This document shows, piece by piece, positions 17,550 through 27,072 of a stretch of DNA of 64,000 bases (within the stretch, counting starts at the first letter, position 1; each line of letters begins with the position of its first letter). Where the stretch lies: the NCBI GenBank assembly GCA_051003195.1, contig JBPCLP010000045.1, positions 96,001 through 160,000 on the forward strand, in the 5' to 3' direction. The translations under genes and the position numbers were made by a program. The notes under the pieces are model-generated. The model ran no database searches. It was not told the DNA's origin and worked only from the letters and a program-made list of their open reading frames with translations. The DNA is from Candidatus Sumerlaeaceae bacterium. Lineage in GTDB: Bacteria > Sumerlaeota > Sumerlaeia > Sumerlaeales > Sumerlaeaceae.

Positions 17550-20500
17550 CTAGTCCCCCGGCTCCAGGTACAACACCGAAACACTCGCCGCCGGCACAGC
17601 CACATCAAGCTTCTCCAGACCGGTTGTCGCGATCGCGGACTCCACCCATCCCACCTCGTTCCGCGCGCCGCCGGGATGATGCGACGCCGCGTTCACCGCG
17701 AACAACCCGGCTTTTGAACCAGTCACATTTCTCAGGGTATGCAGGGTTGCTCTCGCAATTTTCGGAAAAGAGCGAAGTGTCAGCGGTACTGTCGCCATGC
17801 AGTCGTCCTGGAAGTTCAGCACCCAGATTCCAACCGGACCATCGGCTCCCGTTCGCATTGCATATGCACGAACCAGGTTGCGATCGTCATACGAACCGAT
17901 CAGCCGGTCCCCCATGCAATCGCGGAGCTTCGCATAAGCGAGAAACACCGGGTATTCCGTGCCCGTCCACGAATCCGCCGGCCACAGCCAGTAGTGCGAC
18001 GCCTTGAGCCCCAGCTCCGCAAAAATAAAAATGGTTTCCACCGAGCCAAGCGCATGCGCCATTTGCCCTTCCTCGATTTTCTCATTGTAGAGGTAGTGGC
18101 TCGCGTTCACCTCGCTCGCGACAAACTCGATGTCTGCCAGATTGCGCCCGCTTGCCTTCACCAGCCCGGACAGCTTGGAATGAAACGCCCGATGCCCACT
18201 CGCCACGCTGCTGCCCAGCGCCCACTGCATCGCCGCCGTCGTGGTGTGATCGCCCAGTTTCTGGTAGGGATGATACGAAATAAAATCTACCGGAACCGAA
18301 GAATCCGACAGAATGACGTTGAGGTGTTTCTCCTCGCGGCTGCCGTCTACAATGCACGGCCCGACTTTGATATCAGGGTCTTCGGCTTTCATAGCCTGCG
18401 CTATGGCCTTATAGCGCGGATAGAAAACTTCAGCCGGCGTCGTGCTCCCATTATCCACCGCTCCGCCAGTCCCGCGAATGGAGACAGTCGGCTCATTACC
18501 GATCTCCCAGTACCTCACGAGGGGCAGCGGCGCTTCGCCGGCACGTGGCAGGGTGTCCCACTGCTCGCCCGGCACCGCGCCGGACCAGTTGATGGACGCG
18601 AGAATCGCCGCGTCGCGCGAATCCGCAATCGGGTCACCCTGATGATAGCGCCGTACGATCCGGTTCACATAACGCACCCAGTCGGCGGCGAGCGATTTTA
18701 GCACCGCGGTGTCCGAGGTATAGTATAGATAGCGCGCGGGATTCGCCGGGTTCGGCCGCACCAGACCACGCGCATTCACCGTGATGAACAGGTCCGCATG
18801 CCTGTCCCGCGTCCACCGTAGAAATTCCAGCGTTGTCGGGCGCGGCTCGTGGTTTCTCGTGCGCCAGTCGTATCGGTCGGCAAACAGTCCGCCAGCCACA
18901 CCCCGTAGCACGGTCCCCTCCGCAACCTCCAGCGTTTTTGCAATGGCCACGTAATCGCCGCGCGTCGTCTCGAAATCCGAGATTGCCACGCCGCGGACTC
19001 CAGGATCGACGCGAATGCCCCTCGCGTTCGCGTCCACCACAAACTCCGTTTGCCTGGGTGGCGACGGTGCAGACGGGGACACAGGACGTACCGCAGGAAC
19101 CGCTTCAAGTCGACCCGGCCACGAAGCGAGCGGCTTAATCGAAGGCGAGTACGGTTCCGCGGTCCCCGGCGACAGCAGCACTGCAATCAACGTGTCCGTC
19201 GTTCGCTCTTTCGGACGTACCACAATCCGACGAACGCCCGTGTTCCGGCTCTGGGGCCGCTTCTGCTCCGCCGACACAACTTCGATCACCGCGCCTTCGG
19301 GTTTCAGTACTCGCACCACCATCGTTTTTCCCGCTGTAGTCAGCAGCGCTGTGCTCCCTTTGATCTCCACGTCAGTTCTCGTGTGCATGTTCCACGTGAT
19401 GTCGGCAGGCGCATTGCACGCGATCTCGTCCTGGATCATCACATGCCGTCGTTGCCCGCAAAGCTGAATCCCTCTCTCCACTCGGCGCGCAATCTTTCGG
19501 TAACCGTGCGTCAGGTCCGAACTCGCCGAAGCAACGCCCGTCGCGGAATCAAACGCAATAATCGCCGCAGCCGCGTCGTGTTCCTGGTTCGCGCCGTTGA
19601 TCATCAGTGTGTTCTGCCCGATTGTGCCGCACCTGTAATAACCAAACCGCTGGTTCGCTTCCCAATACCCCGGCAACAGGTAATCGTCAGCTCCAAGTTC
19701 CATCGCCCAGCGGATCCCATCCGCATCGAACACAAACGTTCCGAGATCGAGGTTCGAATGCGTCGCAGCATTTCTGCCGCCTTTGAATGCTATGAACGAC
19801 GCCCCCGCGCCCTCCCAGTCCCCTCGCATCGTCACCACGCCCGCGCCGCGGAAAAGGAGATCGATTCGCAGCTCGGCATCCACTGGGCTGCGAGCTATCG
19901 CCGGTTTCCACAGCAGATGCAGTGGGTCGAGCCGGTTCAGCGCGCACTCCTGCGACCGCCACGCAAACTCCGGACGATCGAAACGTTTCGCCAACCACAG
20001 CTCGGCCGCGTTGGGAAAATCAACGGCACGCTCTCCGCAATCGCCCCAGTTGAAACACAGCCCGGTGGGTCCCGTAATTGCTGCCGGAAAAATCCCGGCC
20101 TCCGAAAAACCCGGACTGTCGTCGAGCCGAAACGTCGTGCCGAGCGCCGTCTGCATTGCGCCGAAGCCCAACGCACAAAACCGTACCCCGTACCCCCAGT
20201 ATGCGGGACCTTCGATCCAGCCGCCGTCCGGCGCGAAGCCTGCCATCGCACGGGGCATCGCGCGAATCGCGCCGCTTAATACAAACGCCGCAACCTCCGG
20301 CTGTTCATCCGCAATCGCCAGTGCCCCGATGGCCAGTCCATTGTTGCACACCAGGTTCCAGTTGTGTGTCGACGCTACCCACTGCCGGTCGTTGTTACGA
20401 TACCCGGCAATGCCGGGCTGCAAACCGAGGTTGATAATGCCAGAGGTCAGCTCCTCACGCGCGCGCCGCGAAAGTTTCGAATAGAACCAGTCGTATCCGA

Positions 20501-21017
20501 TTCCAACCGCCGCCGTCATCTCCGCCGTATCGAGGAAGTGCGCCGGATTCCAGTCAGGGAATGCGCACACCGCTCGAAGCTCCTTCTCCGCGCGAATGCG
20601 GAACCGATCGTCCCCGTCCAGCCGATACAGCAGGCCCAGCAACAGAACGCGGTCCAACGCCAGCCTGCTTTCCTCCAGCAGCCATGGAATTTTAGGCACA
20701 CGCGTGGGCGACATCACCCATTGCGCGGGCTTCTCGTCTAGCACCTTCTCGGCACGTTCACGCAACTTGCGATGCCAATCGGCAGCAAGCTTGTCGGTTT
20801 GAATTCGTTGCCGAAGTTCGACAATGTCCCGGTCCGTCGCCAGGAGACGAGGATGCTCAGGCTTCAGCGTGTTCAACATCGCAAGGTCGGATGTCGTTAC
20901 GCCATCCACCGCAATGGTCCGGGCAACTCCCATAAGCGGCGCCGCAAGCAATAGCGACGCGGCCGCAATAATGCCCGCGACGCGGGCGCTGACCTCGAAA
21001 TTCATATTGGAGAGCAT
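17550..21017 (-). CDS. Heparinase II/III-like polysaccharide lyase fused to clan GH-A-like glycoside hydrolase
   Basis: Signal peptide; HPRLL, HFLDTAE, HNWNLVC, EGPAYWGYG, KGG.N..HSNLDLGTF; Pro linker; YWEIGNEP, DFISYHPY, ASEVN. Confidence 0.78.
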   Translation of the reverse strand: MLSNMNFEVSARVAGIIAAASLLLAAPLMGVARTIAVDGVTTSDLAMLNTLKPEHPRLLATDRDIVELRQRIQTDKLAADWHRKLRERAEKVLDEKPAQWVMSPTRVPKIPWLLEESRLALDRVLLLGLLYRLDGDDRFRIRAEKELRAVCAFPDWNPAHFLDTAEMTAAVGIGYDWFYSKLSRRAREELTSGIINLGLQPGIAGYRNNDRQWVASTHNWNLVCNNGLAIGALAIADEQPEVAAFVLSGAIRAMPRAMAGFAPDGGWIEGPAYWGYGVRFCALGFGAMQTALGTTFRLDDSPGFSEAGIFPAAITGPTGLCFNWGDCGERAVDFPNAAELWLAKRFDRPEFAWRSQECALNRLDPLHLLWKPAIARSPVDAELRIDLLFRGAGVVTMRGDWEGAGASFIAFKGGRNAATHSNLDLGTFVFDADGIRWAMELGADDYLLPGYWEANQRFGYYRCGTIGQNTLMINGANQEHDAAAAIIAFDSATGVASASSDLTHGYRKIARRVERGIQLCGQRRHVMIQDEIACNAPADITWNMHTRTDVEIKGSTALLTTAGKTMVVRVLKPEGAVIEVVSAEQKRPQSRNTGVRRIVVRPKERTTDTLIAVLLSPGTAEPYSPSIKPLASWPGRLEAVPAVRPVSPSAPSPPRQTEFVVDANARGIRVDPGVRGVAISDFETTRGDYVAIAKTLEVAEGTVLRGVAGGLFADRYDWRTRNHEPRPTTLEFLRWTRDRHADLFITVNARGLVRPNPANPARYLYYTSDTAVLKSLAADWVRYVNRIVRRYHQGDPIADSRDAAILASINWSGAVPGEQWDTLPRAGEAPLPLVRYWEIGNEPTVSIRGTGGAVDNGSTTPAEVFYPRYKAIAQAMKAEDPDIKVGPCIVDGSREEKHLNVILSDSSVPVDFISYHPYQKLGDHTTTAAMQWALGSSVASGHRAFHSKLSGLVKASGRNLADIEFVASEVNASHYLYNEKIEEGQMAHALGSVETIFIFAELGLKASHYWLWPADSWTGTEYPVFLAYAKLRDCMGDRLIGSYDDRNLVRAYAMRTGADGPVGIWVLNFQDDCMATVPLTLRSFPKIARATLHTLRNVTGSKAGLFAVNAASHHPGGARNEVGWVESAIATTGLEKLDVAVPAASVSVLYLEPGD

Positions 21018-21339
21018 TTAGTTCGATACCCGAACACACCCCTGCGCGCACGCAACCCTCAACTGTTCTTCGATTACTGGTCTCTCGCCGTAGGCGGGGG
21101 CTCTCAGCCCGACTCAAAATGCTACTTTCAGGGCACTTTTCGCGCTGCACCCAAAACCATAAAGCCCCTATACGCTTATACGTCAGAGGCCGATGCCTCC
21201 GCTTCCAACAATTGCTTGCCAGCCGGGCCCGGCTATTGCTCATCTATTATTTTACGTGTCCCGGGCGCCCAACTTATCATTGTACAGATGCCACCTGGCT
21301 CACGAACAGGGCTTGGAGTTGCTGTGAACCTGAAAGCTG

Positions 21340-21711
21340 ATGATCATGATTCTCGTCATTGATGATGAACCCGCAATTGCGTCTGCAATAAAGACGGTTC
21401 TCGAGCTCAGCGGCATGGCCGCCGTTGTTGCAGGCTCGTGCGACGAAGCGCTGGCGATTATTAACAGAACGCCGCCAGAGCTGATCTTCAGCGACATTAA
21501 CATGCCGGACCGCTCCGGACTGGATCTGCTGCACACGCTGAAAGCGAACCCTGCCACCGCGCACATACCGCTGGTATTCATCACGGGAGAAGCGCGCAAC
21601 CAGGACGTGAATCGCGGTCTCGCCGCCGGCGCCGCCGGTTATCTTAAAAAGCCTTTCAGCCCGCCCGAGCTGCTAAACACCGTGCGCGCACTGGTGCATC
21701 GCGCTGGCTAG
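21340..21711 (+). CDS. Single-domain response regulator (CheY-like)
   Basis: ILVIDDE, FSDINMP..SG, FITG, KPF. Confidence 0.92.
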   Translation: MIMILVIDDEPAIASAIKTVLELSGMAAVVAGSCDEALAIINRTPPELIFSDINMPDRSGLDLLHTLKANPATAHIPLVFITGEARNQDVNRGLAAGAAGYLKKPFSPPELLNTVRALVHRAG

Positions 21712-21801
21712 TATGGTCTACCGTTCAGTTCGTAAACAGTTCTGTGTGCCGAATCCAGGGTAAGTTTGGTCTGGTAAGTAACTACCGATTCAACACACTA
21801 G
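21708..21801 (+). repeat. Family A element between two convergent stop codons
   Basis: CTAG(21708)-TATGGTCTACCGTTCAGTTCGTAAACAGTTCTGTGTGCCGAATC...GATTCAACACA-CTAG(21798). Confidence 0.85.
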
Positions 21802-22274
21802 TTGAACAGTTGCCAGTCGGTTGCGGCCGCAGGCAAAACTGCGCTCGTGGAAATCGAATCGATGTCCGCGGTGAACTGGGTGCTCACATTCACCTCGCCC
21901 GCATCCACCGTCTTCAACGCCGGGTCATTGCAGGTCACCATATAGGTGCCTGCGGTTGAGACCAGCGTGGGAGAACCCGGAGCCCACGCGGACGTCGTCG
22001 GATGCTGCCAGCCAACCGCGAAGGTGCCGGTTACGTTCACCACCACAAACGTTGCCTTGTAGGAGCCTGAAGTAAACGCGGTCTCATCCTGCCAGATCGC
22101 GATACCATCGCTTACGGGCTTCACCAGGTGAGCCTGTCCCCCAGAGAACGTCACCGCCGAGGCATTTGGGTAAATGTTCCAGCCGGCGCCGTTCGTATCG
22201 AAGCCAGGGTTTGTAAGGGCGCGGCAACCGAGCGGCGCTGCAATAACCACAATAGCCATAAGCATCTGTTTCAT
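21798..22274 (-). CDS. Secreted protein, carbohydrate-binding-like beta domain, C-terminal AAATDWQLFN tail
   Basis: Signal peptide, LTNPGFD...GW start typical of CBM-like domains. Confidence 0.7.
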   Translation of the reverse strand: MKQMLMAIVVIAAPLGCRALTNPGFDTNGAGWNIYPNASAVTFSGGQAHLVKPVSDGIAIWQDETAFTSGSYKATFVVVNVTGTFAVGWQHPTTSAWAPGSPTLVSTAGTYMVTCNDPALKTVDAGEVNVSTQFTADIDSISTSAVLPAAATDWQLFN

Positions 22275-22541
22275 TATTAAGTTCCTGTGCCGAGTCTTAA
22301 CCAACACAAGTATAGTTCAACGCCCCGAAATTTACGCAAGCCATAAAGCAGCAGAACCATCGTGGAGCTCCGTCAGGATCAGGACAAGCATTGGCTCATG
22401 CGTTAGAAGACCGTCGCACGAACCAGCAATTCCAATGGCCTTCAAAAGATAGCCCCGACTTGTTTTCACGTTTTTCAGTCACCGTTTCCGGCATGCTGCT
22501 GTGGCCAGTTTGAGCCCCGAACAACGAGCTCCGTTTTGGCC

Positions 22542-22577
22542 TTTCGCTCTTCGCTCTTCGCTCCTTGCTATCTCTTC
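22542..22577. repeat. Single diverged copy of the pyrimidine-rich (TTCGCTC)n core (family B)
   Basis: TTTCGCTCTTCGCTCTTCGCTCCTTGCTATCTCTTC resembles the 40 bp core at 54827. Confidence 0.6.
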
Positions 22578-22602
22578 TATCGTTCTGTCCATTCAGCCTT
22601 CT

Positions 22603-23760
22603 CTATTGCCGCGCTGTCGGCTCCATCAACTCATAGTTAGTTTGAATCGGCTGGCCTCCACGATCGACGACCAGTTGGGGTTTTGCACCCACCTGCTGCG
22701 ACCAGATATAAACCGACACATCCGTGGCGTCTTTAACATCGCGGCCATCCACCTTGGTGATCACGTCTCCAACTTTCAGTCCGGCGCGCTCAGCCGGGCC
22801 GCCGCGGCTGATCTGCGAAATCACGGCGCCCTTGGTGGCTTTCGAGCCAACCATCCGCGCAATACGCTCGGTGACATTCTGGAGCTGGAAGTCGACCAGG
22901 CGCGAACGGATCTTTCCGTGCGAAACGATTTCGTTCATGACGGCTTTCACGCGGTTGACCGGAATGGCGAAACCAATCCCCTCGGCGCCGCCGCTTCGCG
23001 ACATGATGAACGTGTTGATGCCGACAAGTTCGCCGGCGGCGTTGATGAGCGCTCCACCGGAGTTGCCGGGGTTTATTGCGGCGTCCGTCTGGATCATATC
23101 GAGGTAGACGCTCTTGAACTCGCCACTCGGCTTGAAGCTGCGTTTGAGCGCGCTGACGACGCCAAGCGTAACGGTCGGAGTCGGGTCGCCGATGACGTTG
23201 CCGAACGGGTTGCCCATCGCCAGCACCCACTCGCCAACCATGAGGTTGTTGTTGTCGCCAAAGGGGGCGGCGGGAAGGTTCTGGGCATTGACCTTGATGA
23301 GCGCGACGTCGAGTGCGGTGTCTGCATCTATCACTTTACCTGGAAGCTCGCGTCCGTCGATCAGCGTGACGAACACATCCTTCGCGTTTTCGACCACGTG
23401 GTAGTTCGTAACGATCAACCCGTTCGGGTCGACGATCACGCCGCTGCCAAGGTAGGGAATTTTTTCTTCATACGGAAAGATGGCGTAATCGGAGAAGAAG
23501 CTGGCGTAAGGGTTCAGCAGGTAACCGGACTGCGATGCGCCGATGCTGACAACCGATGGCGAGAACTTCTCGGCCGCGGTGACGATCTCGGTTTTGCGCG
23601 ACGCCGCGCTGCCAGCGGCGGGAAGCTGCGCAGCCGCCGCTCCGGCTTTGCCCAGGATCGGCAGGTCCAGCTCCCCCCGAAATTCCCGAAGCGCAAACAT
23701 CGCCAGCAACAACAGGTTCATGGTAACCAGCAACGCGATCAGGCGGTTCTTCGTCTTCAA
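22603..23760 (-). CDS. HtrA/DegP-family trypsin-like serine protease with one PDZ domain
   Basis: GSGVIV, TNYHVV, DVALIK, IQTDAAINPGNSGGAL, GIGFAIP, PAERAGLKVGDVI; TTG start with GGAGGA. Confidence 0.93.
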   Translation of the reverse strand: MKTKNRLIALLVTMNLLLLAMFALREFRGELDLPILGKAGAAAAQLPAAGSAASRKTEIVTAAEKFSPSVVSIGASQSGYLLNPYASFFSDYAIFPYEEKIPYLGSGVIVDPNGLIVTNYHVVENAKDVFVTLIDGRELPGKVIDADTALDVALIKVNAQNLPAAPFGDNNNLMVGEWVLAMGNPFGNVIGDPTPTVTLGVVSALKRSFKPSGEFKSVYLDMIQTDAAINPGNSGGALINAAGELVGINTFIMSRSGGAEGIGFAIPVNRVKAVMNEIVSHGKIRSRLVDFQLQNVTERIARMVGSKATKGAVISQISRGGPAERAGLKVGDVITKVDGRDVKDATDVSVYIWSQQVGAKPQLVVDRGGQPIQTNYELMEPTARQ

Positions 23761-23872
23761 TTCGATCCTCCATAACCATTTGGGGGGACTGCCGAGCACG
23801 ACAAATCCATATTGACCCGCATGGTGTGCTCGCAAGAGTCGTGCGACGAACGACAAGACAGGAAACCGAGGA

Positions 23873-24910
23873 ATGCCGAAGCTTGCAGTGGGTGTAATTG
23901 GCACCGGATCGATTGGAAATGTGCATCTGACGGGGTATGCGGCAGAGGGCAAAAGCGTTGAGATTCAGGCGATTTGCGACATTCGCAGGGAGCGCCTGGA
24001 CGAAATGGGTGAGAAATTCAAGGTGCCGGCGCAGCACCGCTACCGGGACTACCGCAAGATGCTGGCAAGTGAGCAACTGGACGTGACGTCGATTTGCCTG
24101 CCCAATTCGCTCCATTTTGACGCAGCGGCCGAGTCAATTCGTCACGGTTTGCACACGTTGATTGAAAAGCCGATGGTGCTGACGATGGAACAGGCGCGCG
24201 CACTGAAGAAGCTGCACGCGAAACACCCGGTGAAGGTGATGGTGTCGTTCAGCCACCGCTTCATGCCGCAGAATATCCGGGCGAAGAAGCTGATTGAGCA
24301 GGGCAAGCTGGGCAAGCCGTTCATGATCCGCGTTCGGTATGCCCACGGGGGCCCGTACCCGGGCTGGGCGCAGACCGACTGGTTTTATAAGAAAAAGATG
24401 GCCGGCGGCGGCGCGCTGCTGGACATGGGAATCCACGCGATCGACATGTGCCAGTACATGATTGGCCCCATAAAGTCGATTAGCGCGCAGTTGAAAACGC
24501 TCCGCAAGAAAATCGAGGTGGATGATAACGCCGTGATGCTGCTGGATTTCGGGCCGGAGAACAAAGCGCTCGGTTACATCGAGTGCGGATGGACGAGCGG
24601 TCCCGGCTTCGCAGGCGTTGAGATTTACGGCGACAAGGGGACGCTGATCCTGGACATCTTCAAACCCGGCAGGTGGATACGCGGCGTGAACCGACCGGAT
24701 GGCGCCGTCGAGACGCTGGACGAGCAGATCACAACGGGGCAGGAGAAGACGCACTGGCCGCTGGAAATGGAATCCTGGGTGAAGCACCTGTTGGGCAAGA
24801 AAACGCCCACCTATATTCCAGGGCTGGAAGAGGGAGCATCAAGCCTGGCGGTGGCGCTCGCCGCCATCGAGAGCAGCAAAACCGGGAAGCGGGTCCACGT
24901 GCGCGGATAG
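23873..24910 (+). CDS. Gfo/Idh/MocA family oxidoreductase
   Basis: GVIGTGSIG, IEKPM, GGGALLDMGIHAID. Confidence 0.93.
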   Translation: MPKLAVGVIGTGSIGNVHLTGYAAEGKSVEIQAICDIRRERLDEMGEKFKVPAQHRYRDYRKMLASEQLDVTSICLPNSLHFDAAAESIRHGLHTLIEKPMVLTMEQARALKKLHAKHPVKVMVSFSHRFMPQNIRAKKLIEQGKLGKPFMIRVRYAHGGPYPGWAQTDWFYKKKMAGGGALLDMGIHAIDMCQYMIGPIKSISAQLKTLRKKIEVDDNAVMLLDFGPENKALGYIECGWTSGPGFAGVEIYGDKGTLILDIFKPGRWIRGVNRPDGAVETLDEQITTGQEKTHWPLEMESWVKHLLGKKTPTYIPGLEEGASSLAVALAAIESSKTGKRVHVRG

Positions 24911-24938
24911 CGCAATAGCTGGCGCTGAACCGAAGGGG

Positions 24939-25763
24939 TTACTGCGCGTCGAGCAGGATCCAGTTGTTGGTGTAGTCAGGATCATAGCCGGCGTCGTTGG
25001 GCACGACCAGCAGAGCGAAGCGTGTGTCCTGCGCAGTAAGAAGGCTGGCCTTGTACTTGAATTTCTTGATCGATGGAAACGCAGGGTCTCCACCCCACGC
25101 CTTCACTTTTTTCACCGTACCGGAGGCGATCAGCTCGGAGTAACGGCCGCTGAAACCCTCCTCCTGCAGGCGTGAGAGGTACCACATTCCGCCATTAAAC
25201 GGTATGTTGCTGTTGTTGATTAGATTGAGGGAACCTGAGAACTTGCAGACGCCCTTGCTGTTGCACTTCAGCACCGGGGGCAGCACCTGGCTGACGGAAA
25301 CGTCGGGCTGAGGATAGATGACTGCGGTGATTCCGGTTCCCTGGACGATGAAGAGGAAGGACCCTTCGTCGGGATCGTTGCTGCTGACGGTGATCACGGC
25401 TTCGTGAAACCCGGTGCTGGTGGGTGCGTACGTTATCGTGAAGGGGCTGGACTGGCCAGGCGCGATGGTGGCGTCGGGGTTTTGTGTGACGCTGAACTGC
25501 GAGCCGGTTAAACCGCCGATAGCGATCGGCAATGTGATCGTCAGATTCTGGTCGCCGAGGTTGTACACACGCAATTTCATCGGTCTCGTAGTATTGATCA
25601 CGACTTCGGGCAGATCGGTGCTGGCGTAGACTCGCCCCTCGCCGGAACCGGCCGGGATGAAATGGAGTCCGCCCACGAGTGCGATGTCTGCTGCTGCAAA
25701 ACTATTACCGCAGAAGCTGACGATGGCTGCCGCAAAACACCCAAACCATTTGGACCGAAGCAT
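24939..25763 (-). CDS. Secreted protein with ASH/choice-of-anchor D-like Ig domain
   Basis: Signal peptide; NLGDQNLTI...TIAPGQSSPFTITYAPTSTG...SSNDPDE. Confidence 0.7.
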   Translation of the reverse strand: MLRSKWFGCFAAAIVSFCGNSFAAADIALVGGLHFIPAGSGEGRVYASTDLPEVVINTTRPMKLRVYNLGDQNLTITLPIAIGGLTGSQFSVTQNPDATIAPGQSSPFTITYAPTSTGFHEAVITVSSNDPDEGSFLFIVQGTGITAVIYPQPDVSVSQVLPPVLKCNSKGVCKFSGSLNLINNSNIPFNGGMWYLSRLQEEGFSGRYSELIASGTVKKVKAWGGDPAFPSIKKFKYKASLLTAQDTRFALLVVPNDAGYDPDYTNNWILLDAQ

Positions 25764-25881
25764 GGATAAATCCCCCAAGGCTAACATATAAAACAGACTC
25801 TTGTACTCGAAGCCGCGGCGGAATGACAATAGAATTCGTGTAATTTATGAGGCCCATCGTCGCGCCTGATTGTGCACCTGG

Positions 25882-25918
25882 AAAAGAAAACGGCCGGACA
25901 GATTGCCCGGCCTTTCTT
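25882..25918. terminator. Terminator downstream of clpP
   Basis: A-rich run, GGCCGG...CCGGCC stem, TTTCTT. Confidence 0.6.
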
Positions 25919-25949
25919 GAAGCGATTGTTTGGTTTTGAGCGCGGAAGA

Positions 25950-26630
25950 CTACTTTTCCTTTACGTCCGGTTTTTCTCGCACCTCAGCCTTTTCCTTGGT
26001 TTCGGTTTTTTCTTTCTCCGTGGCAACTTTGTCCTGAGCAAAGGATTTCTTGTCGAAAATGACTTTGTCGACAAGGCCGTATTCTTTGGCCTGCTCGCCG
26101 CTGAGGAAGAAGTCACGGTCGGTGTCGCGCTCGATTTTATCGAGCGGCTGGCCGGTGTGCTCGGCAAGGATGTGATTCAGCTTGTCCTTCATGCGGAGGA
26201 TTTCCTTCGCGTGGATGTCGATATCGGCGGCCTGGCCCTGGAAGCCGCCCAGCGGCTGGTGGATCATGATGCGCGAATGCGGCAGGGAGTAGCGCTTGCC
26301 GTTGGTTCCAGCCGCGAGCAGAATGGCGCCCATGGACGCCGCCTGTCCCACGCAGATGGTAGTGATGTCAGGCTTCACCAGCTTCATGGTATCGTAAATG
26401 GCCAGACCGGCAGTGACAACACCGCCCGGTGAATTGACGTAAATGTTAATGTCCTTGTCCGGATCTTCGCTCTCCAGAAAAAGCAGCTGCGCGATGACTG
26501 CATTGGCGACGCCGTCGTCAATGGGTGTGCCGAGGAATATAATACGGTCTTTCAGCAGCCGGGAATAGATGTCGTAAGCGCGCTCTCCCCGCTCGTTCTG
26601 CTCAATGACGTAGGGGATATAATAACTCAT
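25950..26630 (-). CDS. clpP: ATP-dependent Clp protease proteolytic subunit
   Basis: [42 protein letters not shown]; Lys/Glu-rich C-terminal extension. Confidence 0.97.
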   Translation of the reverse strand: MSYYIPYVIEQNERGERAYDIYSRLLKDRIIFLGTPIDDGVANAVIAQLLFLESEDPDKDINIYVNSPGGVVTAGLAIYDTMKLVKPDITTICVGQAASMGAILLAAGTNGKRYSLPHSRIMIHQPLGGFQGQAADIDIHAKEILRMKDKLNHILAEHTGQPLDKIERDTDRDFFLSGEQAKEYGLVDKVIFDKKSFAQDKVATEKEKTETKEKAEVREKPDVKEK

Positions 26631-26700
26631 TCTTTGTCCGTTCGTTTTCTCAAAGTTCAGGGCCGGCAATTTCTTTCAAAACCACCCGTGATGCACTAGC

Positions 26701-26952
26701 GTGACAAAGGGTCACGTATTCGGGCAACGCCATTGCAACGGTAAAGCGACAACGAGGCTATTACCCAGGAAGGTGCGATGCAAAAACCGTGATTCTGTCT
26801 GCGAAGTCGGGCGTCGTTTCGGTCAAGCTCTGAAGTACAGTACTGGAGGTGGCAGCATTTCGGGTCCGAGCGCTCCGGGCGGTGCGGGAAGCACATTTAC
26901 GGGACCTCAACCGTTTGTGGCAGCCGTTGCAGACTGGGAACTGTTGCAATAA
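26701..26952 (+). pseudogene. Probable 3' remnant of a secreted-type protein ending AAVADWELLQ
   Basis: Last ~40 codons are Gly/Ser/Pro linker plus the DWxL tail also seen at 21798; no signal peptide or convincing start. Confidence 0.5.
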
Positions 26953-27072
26953 GGCAGCTTACGGTTCCATGGGGTTTTGCCTTCGAAGAAAGCTTTACCC
27001 GTTGCTATTGTAGCTTCCAAAAGAGACTTAGACGACCCGTTCATCAAACTATAACCTGGGGAGCTATCCGCT

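Noticed and set aside
21225..21240. Sigma-54 promoter for the CheY-like gene (GGGCCCGGCTATTGCT); similar motif near 26722
   Set aside because: GG-N10-GC spacing is right but the -24 box is poor and such matches are common in GC-rich DNA
22501..23775. Long antisense ORFs (also 15760-16896, 19050-20279, 38296-39234)
   Set aside because: Shadow ORFs opposite well-supported genes in GC-rich sequence, no motifs
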